Of a stretch of 64,000 bases of DNA, positions 28,829 through 36,317 are shown piece after piece. The DNA comes from a virus: IMG/VR virus record IMGVR_UViG_3300044695_003767; one strand, written 5' to 3'. The notes below the pieces were generated by a model. It saw nothing but the letters and a program-made list of their open reading frames with translations. It was not told the origin of the DNA and ran no database searches. How positions within the stretch are numbered: position 1 is the stretch's first letter; each line of letters opens with the position of its first letter. The position numbers and the translations under genes are program-made.

Positions 28829-28873
28829 ACTGGCACACTGAGACCCCAGATCCGACTTCCGACCCTGTAGACT
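28815..28873 (+). promoter_or_regulatory. dyad + -10 early-type promoter, copy 15
   Basis: GGGACGATC-TCTG-AACTGGCAC, TAGACT after 31 nt. Confidence 0.7.
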
Positions 28874-28879
28874 GAAAGC

Positions 28880-29785
28880 ATGAAAAACACCCACCTTGAG
28901 CACCCTGAAGATACCATCCTCACGGGTGATCTTTCTGTCCTGGATTGGTTTGTAACTCCTGGCACTTTGTCTGTTAAGATAGACGGTGCTCCCGCAATTG
29001 TGTGGGGAATTGATCCTGCAACTGGTACATTTTTCGTTGGCACTAAAGCAGTGTTCAACAAGAAAAAGATTCGTATTGCTCACAATCATGAAGAGATTGA
29101 TCAATTCTACGATGGAAATGTTGCAGAAATTCTTCACTCTTGTTTTGATTGCTTACCTCATACAGACACCATTTATCAGGCAGACTTTATCGGGTTTGGT
29201 GGATCTACTGAATACAAATCCAACACCATCACCTATCAGTTCCCTGAGGTAGTTTCTCAGCAAATTATCATTGCACCTCACACCTGCTATTATGCTGAGA
29301 ACGATCTGCGTGATGCTCAGGCATTCCCTGATCGTGCAGTCTGGAATGATACCGAATCGGTCAAATATGTGAAACCGAATGCATACATTCTGCACGGTCA
29401 AACGTCCTTTGCCGATGTTGATGAGATCTGCAAATTTGCCCGTCAGATGGCAACCACTGTGACCTTTGTAACTGATAAGGAAGCAGCAAAGATCAAACAA
29501 CAACTTAATGCCTGCATTCGTGCTGGTGAACAGATCAGTGTAGAGAGTGTGAATGAGTTTGATTGTGATCCTAACCTGATTCGTTTGTGGGCATTGGTGA
29601 AGTCGATCAAAGATGATTGTTTGTTCCTGTGCCGCAATGATGGTCCCGCAGCATACATCGGGCACAACAGAATCGATGCCGAAGGTTATGTGATGACCAA
29701 TGAGTTTGGTATGTTCAAACTGGTGAATCGTGAGGTCTTTTCTTATCACAATTTCAACTCAGGTCGTTTCCAGTGTGCCAGTTGA
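28880..29785 (+). CDS. RNA-ligase-like nucleotidyltransferase (DUF6267-like)
   Basis: HLEHPED, motif I KIDG, EGYV, FKLV. Confidence 0.65.
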   Translation: MKNTHLEHPEDTILTGDLSVLDWFVTPGTLSVKIDGAPAIVWGIDPATGTFFVGTKAVFNKKKIRIAHNHEEIDQFYDGNVAEILHSCFDCLPHTDTIYQADFIGFGGSTEYKSNTITYQFPEVVSQQIIIAPHTCYYAENDLRDAQAFPDRAVWNDTESVKYVKPNAYILHGQTSFADVDEICKFARQMATTVTFVTDKEAAKIKQQLNACIRAGEQISVESVNEFDCDPNLIRLWALVKSIKDDCLFLCRNDGPAAYIGHNRIDAEGYVMTNEFGMFKLVNREVFSYHNFNSGRFQCAS

Positions 29786-29833
29786 GGAAGTGGCACAAAC
29801 CCCCTAGACCTGCCCCCCATCCCGTGCCATACT
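29775..29833 (+). promoter_or_regulatory. dyad + -10 early-type promoter, copy 16
   Basis: GTGCCAGTT-GAGG-AAGTGGCAC, CATACT after 31 nt. Confidence 0.85.
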
Positions 29834-29914
29834 ATGTTCATCAGGGGGGAGGAAGGAGAACCCCCCAAGGGCAGAGGTGAGGACTGCCCATCCCATTTCA
29901 ATCGCAATTGCCAA

Positions 29915-30232
29915 ATGCGTAAGATCGAACGTCTGATGAATGCTGCTATCACTGCAGGCAAAGATTTCAAAATGGCAAACACTGAGGTTGTTTCCTGCAG
30001 CAACGTTACCGATGTCTTTCTGCACGGTAATTTGATTGCCCGCATTGGTGAAACCTGGATTGAACTTTTCGATGGTGGGCATCAAACTGTCACCACCAAA
30101 TCCCGTCTCAATGCTATTCTGCGTGAGCACGGTGTTGGTGATGAGAGTGTGTTTCAAAAGAACTTTCAATGGTTCTTTCACTCTAATCAATTCGGCACAA
30201 TTCCGTTCTTCTCTGGTATGCGTCTGAACTGA
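29915..30232 (+). CDS. conserved phage early protein
   Basis: MRKIE...VFLHGNLIA...GGHQTVTTKSRLNA. Confidence 0.75.
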   Translation: MRKIERLMNAAITAGKDFKMANTEVVSCSNVTDVFLHGNLIARIGETWIELFDGGHQTVTTKSRLNAILREHGVGDESVFQKNFQWFFHSNQFGTIPFFSGMRLN

Positions 30233-30290
30233 ACATCTGTCCTGGTGATGACATTAAACTCACCGCAACTTTCATTCCTTTCTGTCACAA

Positions 30291-30607
30291 ATGATCCGAT
30301 ACGAAGTTCGTTATCAGACCCCATACAATCAGTGTGAATGGAGGTCGCAATGGTTTAAGACTTTGGATGAGGCAGAACGTATGGTTGAGTTCTATCGATC
30401 CTGCGGATCTCCTGCTCACCTGGCACCCTAAACTTTTCCCCCTTCGTTAACACTTACTTCGTTTCTAAAATGACTTTCGAACTTGCAATCTCCCTGCTTC
30501 GTCAAGGTGACAATGGGGAGCAAATCCTGCAGATTCTTGATACCATCGCAACTGATGATGAACAGGGAACTGTAACAGATCTGCAGGGCAATCCTGTTAT
30601 CTGGTGA
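30291..30607 (+). other. two small CDSs (30291-30431, 30470-30607)
   Basis: Open frames between promoter copies; second stop inside dyad copy 17. Confidence 0.6.
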
Positions 30608-30661
30608 CAGTTGATAAGGTGTCCACGATTCTCCCCGTGGGCACCTTTTTTGTGCAATACT
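30604..30661 (+). promoter_or_regulatory. dyad + terminator-like hairpin + -10, copy 17
   Basis: GTGACAGTT-GATA-AGGTGTCCA; AAGGTGTCCACG/CGTGGGCACCTT + T-run; AATACT after 30 nt. Confidence 0.7.
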
Positions 30662-30687
30662 AAAAGAGTCAAAGAAAGGCAACTCAA

Positions 30688-30948
30688 ATGTCCGTGATCA
30701 AAGCATTCTCCATTGACGGCAAGATGATCAACAAGAGCACTGAAACTGGAAAGTGGTGGGTGTCTGAAATGGAGAATGATTGCTTCCGTGGTGCTATTGC
30801 TTCTCTCTACAACTTCGTGGTTGAGACTAATGCAGACTGTGACGCAGCATACGAATGGGTTTGTGATCAGTGCGGGATTGATACATTCGTTGCCGATACT
30901 TGGGCGTGGGATTGTTTCTATTCGGTGTTTGATTCTGCCCGTGACTGA
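30688..30948 (+). CDS. hypothetical protein
   Basis: First gene after copy 17. Confidence 0.7.
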   Translation: MSVIKAFSIDGKMINKSTETGKWWVSEMENDCFRGAIASLYNFVVETNADCDAAYEWVCDQCGIDTFVADTWAWDCFYSVFDSARD

Positions 30949-30986
30949 ATTACACTGAACCGTTCGAACATTCTTCACTCAACATC

Positions 30987-31184
30987 ATGGCACTCTACAG
31001 TATTGCGTCTGATCTTAACACCCGTCAAACCGTATGGGTGAGCACCAATGTTGTTAAAGGTCGTCCGCAACTTAACTCTCACCGTGATGATTCGTTCGGT
31101 CGTTCACTCAATCGTGAGGGCATTGATGGTTATCCTGCGTGGGAACTTGCGGGTCTCCATTGTGATTACGTAGGACGTGGTTAG
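30987..31184 (+). CDS. hypothetical protein
   Basis: Last ORF of early block. Confidence 0.6.
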   Translation: MALYSIASDLNTRQTVWVSTNVVKGRPQLNSHRDDSFGRSLNREGIDGYPAWELAGLHCDYVGRG

Positions 31185-31224
31185 GTATATCATTCGTTCG
31201 TGACCTGGCAGTTGTTTTATATGC

Positions 31225-31240
31225 GCCCCCTTCGGGGGGT
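31225..31240 (+). terminator. C(UUCG)G hairpin closing the early block
   Basis: GCCCCC-TTCG-GGGGGT; weak U-tail. Confidence 0.5.
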
Positions 31241-31364
31241 TGCCGCCGTGATATAAAAACCCCTACCTCCCATAAGCTATAAAGTCTTGCTTTTGCCATC
31301 TCTTTATAACACTCATATAAAAAAAAATTTCCCTATATAAAAAATAAAATAAAGATTCATATAG

Positions 31365-31535
31365 ATGAGAAAAAATTCCGGAGAAATTTTTCAACCCCTA
31401 CAAGTCGATCCAATTTCTGGGGAGTATTATTTGATAATACCAGAACATATTATTAATGATTTAAGTTGGTACGAAGACACCGAGATTAGATTGGAATTAT
31501 CTGCAAATGAAATCATTCTCTCAGAAAGAAAGTAA
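31365..31535 (+). CDS. AbrB/MazE-like small DNA-binding protein (56 aa)
   Basis: YYLIIPEHIINDLSWYEDTEIRL pattern. Confidence 0.6.
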   Translation: MRKNSGEIFQPLQVDPISGEYYLIIPEHIINDLSWYEDTEIRLELSANEIILSERK

Positions 31536-31564
31536 TTGACATTGCATAGATAATACTGTATGAT
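31536..31564 (+). promoter_or_regulatory. sigma70-like promoter
   Basis: TTGACA-17 nt-TATGAT. Confidence 0.75.
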
Positions 31565-31586
31565 ATGAAAGTAATTACACTCAATT

Positions 31587-32345
31587 ATGGCTAAAGGATT
31601 TACTGTAAAAGCAAAGGCCCCTGTAGCTGGAGGGTCTGTAGAAGAATGGGACTATGACAAAGCCCGTGAATTAATTCGGGGCAAGACTATTGTATTCTGC
31701 CTACCAGGAAGAGGAGTATCATATACTTACCTCAAAAACTTTGTACAACTCTGTTTTGACCTTGTGCAATCGGGTGCTAGCATTCAGATCTCGCAAGATT
31801 ATTCATCGATGGTAAACTTTGCAAGATGCAAATGTTTAGGTGCGAATGTACTGCGTGGACCTGATCAGATTCCCTGGGATGGCAAACTCCATTATGATTG
31901 GCAACTTTGGATTGATTCTGATATTGTTTTCAATACGGAAAAGTTTTTCCAACTTGTTTTGATGGAAAAAGACATTGCCGCTGGTTGGTACTGCACCGAA
32001 GATGGAATGACAACTTCTGTTGCACACTGGCTTGATGAAGATGATTTCCGTAACAATGGTGGAGTCATGAACCACGAAACACTTGAAACCATCTCAAAAC
32101 GTCGTAAACCATTTACTGTTGACTACACTGGTTTTGGATGGCTTCTGATTAAGAATGGAGTCTTTGAACACTCGGAAATGAAGTATCCTTGGTTTGCACC
32201 AAAGATGCAAGTTTTTGAGTCTGGTCAAGTACAAGATATGTGTGGAGAAGACGTATCATTCTGTTTGGATGCTAAAGATGCTGGATTTGATATCTGGTGC
32301 GATCCTCGTATTAGAGTCGGTCACGAAAAAACAAGGGTTATCTGA
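31587..32345 (+). CDS. GT-A fold (GT2-like) glycosyltransferase
   Basis: WIDSD (DxD), GFGWLLI, GEDVSFC, VGHEK. Confidence 0.8.
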   Translation: MAKGFTVKAKAPVAGGSVEEWDYDKARELIRGKTIVFCLPGRGVSYTYLKNFVQLCFDLVQSGASIQISQDYSSMVNFARCKCLGANVLRGPDQIPWDGKLHYDWQLWIDSDIVFNTEKFFQLVLMEKDIAAGWYCTEDGMTTSVAHWLDEDDFRNNGGVMNHETLETISKRRKPFTVDYTGFGWLLIKNGVFEHSEMKYPWFAPKMQVFESGQVQDMCGEDVSFCLDAKDAGFDIWCDPRIRVGHEKTRVI

Positions 32346-32350
32346 TTAGT

Positions 32351-32542
32351 ATGTCTAACGATCGCTATAATATTCTCTGTAAAGGACGACGAATTTACTC
32401 TAGTCTGACAGAAGAAGAATATTTCGATATAATGGAGGACCTGTCAATTGAATTTTATCAGACAGGTTCTCCACTTCCTGAAGATCTTGAAACTGAAATT
32501 TTAAAAGGAGATACAGTATGGCCAAATCCAAAGTCGGTTTAA
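32351..32542 (+). CDS. hypothetical protein
   Basis: 63 aa ORF in operon context. Confidence 0.7.
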   Translation: MSNDRYNILCKGRRIYSSLTEEEYFDIMEDLSIEFYQTGSPLPEDLETEILKGDTVWPNPKSV

Positions 32543-32664
32543 ATAAGAGTTCTTATATTGCAGGTCCCCCCAAGAAATCAATGCAAGGTGCTGGTAAGGG
32601 GACCAAATATGCAGCAACGTCTCGTAATAAAGCAAGAAAAGCTTATAGAGGTCAAGGAAAATAA
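32518..32664 (+). CDS. small highly basic protein (48 aa, ends YRGQGK)
   Basis: SD AAGGAG; Lys/Arg/Gly-rich. Confidence 0.7.
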   Translation: MAKSKVGLNKSSYIAGPPKKSMQGAGKGTKYAATSRNKARKAYRGQGK

Positions 32665-32684
32665 ATAGGTAAAAACTAAAAAAT

Positions 32685-33275
32685 ATGTATTACTTAGAGG
32701 GTAATGATGAGTGGAATAAAATTCATCCATTAGACCTCTGGACATACAATAAATTATTTTTAAGTCGGATGTTGGGTTATAATTGTGGTCCTATAGGAAC
32801 CACAGTTCCCAAATCCGACTTTTATATTGTCAGGCCATCATTCAATTTGCTCGGAATGGGCCGCTTTGCTCGTAAAGAATGGATTGAGAATGAAACTGAT
32901 CACTTTCATCCTGGGGAATTCTGGTGTGAAATTTTCGAGGGTGATCACTTAAGTGTCGATTACTATAAAAAACAGTCAGATTTAGTCGTTCTTGGCACAA
33001 GAGATCCATTAGATCCTTACTATAAGTGGAAAAAATGGGAAAAAATTGATCGTAAAGTAGAATTTCCAGAAATTTTAAAAGATTTAAACGGAGATTATGA
33101 TTGGATTAACTGTGAATTTATTGGTGATAAACTTATAGAAGTACATTTTCGCAGAAACCCAGACTTTAGACACGGAAATTCAATTGCTATACCAGTTTGG
33201 GAAGAAAAAAACATAGAAAATATGAAATTTATTAATGATAGTGAGTATTTTCGCAAAGGTTTTTATATTGAATAA
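32685..33275 (+). CDS. ATP-grasp-like protein
   Basis: YIVRP..G.G, FWCEIFEG, SVD, INCEF...LIEVHFR; late-like AATAAATA at 32660. Confidence 0.55.
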   Translation: MYYLEGNDEWNKIHPLDLWTYNKLFLSRMLGYNCGPIGTTVPKSDFYIVRPSFNLLGMGRFARKEWIENETDHFHPGEFWCEIFEGDHLSVDYYKKQSDLVVLGTRDPLDPYYKWKKWEKIDRKVEFPEILKDLNGDYDWINCEFIGDKLIEVHFRRNPDFRHGNSIAIPVWEEKNIENMKFINDSEYFRKGFYIE

Positions 33276-33298
33276 ATAAGTTTTTTAAATCCGGTGAA

Positions 33299-33640
33299 TT
33301 GAAAAAGTTTCCGATGGGCAAACACCTACTTTTAGAGGTGTATAATGTAAACTATGATCTTATCAATGACGTAAATTCTCTACAAGACGTTATGATAAGA
33401 GGCATTAACCGTGCCAAAATGACAATTCTGAATACTTTCTCACATTGCTTTCTTCCACAAGGTTGTACGGTCGTTATTGCCCTTGCAGAAAGTCATGTTT
33501 CTTGTCACACTTGGCCAGAAAACGGTTGTCTTGCAGTTGATGTATATACTTGTGGTGAAGGAAATCCTCGTTTAATAGCCTTAGAAATTCTCAAATACCT
33601 TGATTCAGAATCATACTCTTTACGAGAAGTAGACCGTTAA
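33299..33640 (+). CDS. speD: S-adenosylmethionine decarboxylase proenzyme (class 1b)
   Basis: GKHLL, LAESHVSCHTWPE self-cleavage motif, DVYTCG; start could be ATG 33314. Confidence 0.92.
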   Translation: MKKFPMGKHLLLEVYNVNYDLINDVNSLQDVMIRGINRAKMTILNTFSHCFLPQGCTVVIALAESHVSCHTWPENGCLAVDVYTCGEGNPRLIALEILKYLDSESYSLREVDR

Positions 33641-33707
33641 ATAGAAGTAAGGAGATAGCAACCTCCTTTATAAAAGTTCTGTTTTATTCATTAAAACAGG
33701 AGCTAAA

Positions 33708-33950
33708 ATGTCTAATTTACCAGTCGATAGAGACCCCAATTATATGAAGGATATGTGGGGAACTTCTAAATTAATTACAGATTATGGTTCTACAGAACAA
33801 AAGAGAATAATACAAGAAGTAATGCACGATACTGCACCACGACACGATTTAAAAAAACAAGTTGAACTTCACGAAAAAATTCGTAATGATGAAGATTATG
33901 ATGATTGGGAATATGGAACTGAACCAACGTATGGTTCTCCCTGGCACTGA
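33708..33950 (+). CDS. hypothetical protein
   Basis: SD AGGAG; precedes gp25. Confidence 0.7.
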   Translation: MSNLPVDRDPNYMKDMWGTSKLITDYGSTEQKRIIQEVMHDTAPRHDLKKQVELHEKIRNDEDYDDWEYGTEPTYGSPWH

Positions 33951-33951
33951 A

Positions 33952-33959
33952 TATAAATA
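33952..33959 (+). promoter_or_regulatory. T4-type late promoter
   Basis: TATAAATA upstream of gp25. Confidence 0.8.
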
Positions 33960-33981
33960 AAGCAAAGAAAACTTTTGGTCA

Positions 33982-34383
33982 ATGGCATCAAAAAGAATAT
34001 CTAGATCTTTTAAGGATATTAGTTTATCATTTGAACCTCATCCAATAACAAAAGATTTGCAAGTTTTAAAGAATGAAAATGCTATTCGCAGATCTGTGAG
34101 AAATATTGTTGAAACAATTCCTACTGAAAAATTTTTTAATTCTTTATTTGGTTCCGAAGTAAGATCTAGTTTATTTGATTTTGTCGATTTTGGTACTGCT
34201 TCGGTTATACAAAGTCAAATTGAAACCGCAATATTAAACTTTGAACCGAGAGTTGAAATTGTAAATATAAATGTTGAACCAAATTCAGATCAAAATTCAT
34301 TTTATGTTACAATTGTTTTTAACATCATTGGTCAAGAGTTTCCAACACAAGAATATTCGTTTCTATTAGAGGCAACAAGATAA
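33982..34383 (+). CDS. g25: baseplate wedge protein gp25
   Basis: FKDISLSF..HP, NENAIRRSVRNIV, FGS, NFEPRV. Confidence 0.92.
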   Translation: MASKRISRSFKDISLSFEPHPITKDLQVLKNENAIRRSVRNIVETIPTEKFFNSLFGSEVRSSLFDFVDFGTASVIQSQIETAILNFEPRVEIVNINVEPNSDQNSFYVTIVFNIIGQEFPTQEYSFLLEATR

Positions 34384-34384
34384 A

Positions 34385-36316
34385 ATGCCTTTCACTAAAT
34401 TTGCTAATTTAGATTTCGATCAAATAAAAGAATCTATCAAAGATTATATCCGTGAAAATTCAGATTTCACGGACTTTGATTTTGAAGGTTCTAACTTTTC
34501 AATTTTGATTGATACTCTTGCATATAACACTTATATTAATGCGTTTAATTCTAATATGATTGTTAATGAGTCTTTTTTAGACTCTGCAACATTACGTGAA
34601 AATGTTGTTTCTTTGGCAAGAAATATTGGATATATTCCTCAGTCAAGAACAGCATCTAAGGCACAAATATCTTTTAATATTTCTGGATTACTTGATGGAA
34701 GTGGAAAACAAACGACAAAAACACTAACACTAAGGGCAGGATTAGTTTGTACAGGTGATGCCAAAAACACCTCATATGTTTTTTCAATTCCTGAAAATAT
34801 CACAGTCAACGTAAGTTCAACTGGAGTAGCAAGTTTTAATAATATAACAGCTTATCAAGGAACTTTTTTAACAAGTAAATTTAGATATGATGGTTCTTTA
34901 GATCAAAGATTTATTCTTGATAATTCATTTATTGACACTTCTACTGTTAGAGTTTATGTTAAAAAACAATCAAATGCCGAAGAACTGGGTTTTGAATATA
35001 CTCAGGTAGAAAATATTTTAAATTTAAATTCTAATTCTAGAATTTATTTAATTCAGGAAGTTCAAGACGAAAAATATGAAATATTTTTTGGGGATGGATT
35101 AGTTGGTAAAAAACTTGGGACAAATTCAAATCAAGATGGAGACATAATTACCATAAATTACATTGTTACTGATGGAAAAGACGGTAATGGTGTGTCTAGA
35201 TTTTTATTCTCTGGATCCTTGCAGGATGACAATGATGATCAATTAATATTGAATACACCAGTTTCAGTAACAACAAATCAAGTTTCTCAAAATGGTGCAG
35301 ATATTGAAAAAATTGATTCTATTAAATACTTTGCACCAAGAATATATTCTTCACAAAATAGAGCAGTAACTGCTAATGATTATGAATCTATAATTAAAAG
35401 AGTTTATCCAGATACTGAATCAGTTTCTATAGTTGGTGGAGAAGAATTAGATCCTCCAGAATACGGAAATGTTGTAATCAGTATTAAACCAAAAAATGGA
35501 ACATTCGTTTCTCAATTTAACAAGAAGCAAATCCTAGATAATTTAAGAAAATATAGTGTTTCTGGGATTAATCAGAGAATAGTAGATCTTAAGGTTTTAT
35601 ATGTAGAAATTGATACTTCAATTTATTATGATTACTCAAAGGTTTCTTCATCTGATATTTTAAAAACTAAAGTTATCAATTCTCTTACAAAATATTCTGA
35701 GTCTTTAGATTTAAATAAATTTGGTGGTAGATTCAAATATAGTAAAGTTTTACAAATTATCGACAATACAGATTTTTCGATTACTTCCAATATTACTAAA
35801 GTTAGAATGAGGAGAGATCTACAAGCACTCGTTAATCAATATGCACAATATGAACTTTGTTTTGGTAATAAGTTTCATATCAGTAAAAAAGGATATAATA
35901 TTAAATCCACGGGATTTAATATATTTGGTGAAAATGATGTTGTCTATTTAACAGATATTCCAAATGAAGATGGAAAAACTGGATTTTTATCTATAGTAAA
36001 ACCAATTAGTGATGAAGAAACAAGGGTTGTTTTGAAATCTGCTGGAACTATCGATTATGAAAAGGGTGAGATTTTACTCAATACTATAAACATTACATCT
36101 ACAGTATTAGATAATAATATTATTGAGGTTCAAGCTGTTCCAGAATCAAATGATGTTCTTGGATTAAAAGAATTGTATTTGGATTTTAGTATTTCTAAAA
36201 GTGAAATAAATATGGTAAAGGATGTAATATCTTCTGGTGAAGAAGTTTCTGGATCAGAGTTTTCTAAAAATTATTTCACATCTAGTTATTTAAACGGAAA
36301 TCTTATAAGAAAGTAA
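34385..36316 (+). CDS. g6: baseplate wedge protein gp6
   Basis: LDFDQIK, FEGSN, ESFLDSATLRENVV, FGDG, QNRAVTANDY. Confidence 0.93.
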   Translation: MPFTKFANLDFDQIKESIKDYIRENSDFTDFDFEGSNFSILIDTLAYNTYINAFNSNMIVNESFLDSATLRENVVSLARNIGYIPQSRTASKAQISFNISGLLDGSGKQTTKTLTLRAGLVCTGDAKNTSYVFSIPENITVNVSSTGVASFNNITAYQGTFLTSKFRYDGSLDQRFILDNSFIDTSTVRVYVKKQSNAEELGFEYTQVENILNLNSNSRIYLIQEVQDEKYEIFFGDGLVGKKLGTNSNQDGDIITINYIVTDGKDGNGVSRFLFSGSLQDDNDDQLILNTPVSVTTNQVSQNGADIEKIDSIKYFAPRIYSSQNRAVTANDYESIIKRVYPDTESVSIVGGEELDPPEYGNVVISIKPKNGTFVSQFNKKQILDNLRKYSVSGINQRIVDLKVLYVEIDTSIYYDYSKVSSSDILKTKVINSLTKYSESLDLNKFGGRFKYSKVLQIIDNTDFSITSNITKVRMRRDLQALVNQYAQYELCFGNKFHISKKGYNIKSTGFNIFGENDVVYLTDIPNEDGKTGFLSIVKPISDEETRVVLKSAGTIDYEKGEILLNTINITSTVLDNNIIEVQAVPESNDVLGLKELYLDFSISKSEINMVKDVISSGEEVSGSEFSKNYFTSSYLNGNLIRK

Positions 36317-36317
36317 T

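Noticed and set aside
2958-30625. Dyads as tyrosine-recombinase or integron att sites
   Set aside because: The central 4 nt vary freely, there is no recombinase in the window, and fixed spacing to a -10 fits a transcription-factor site better. Homology-driven shuffling is not excluded.
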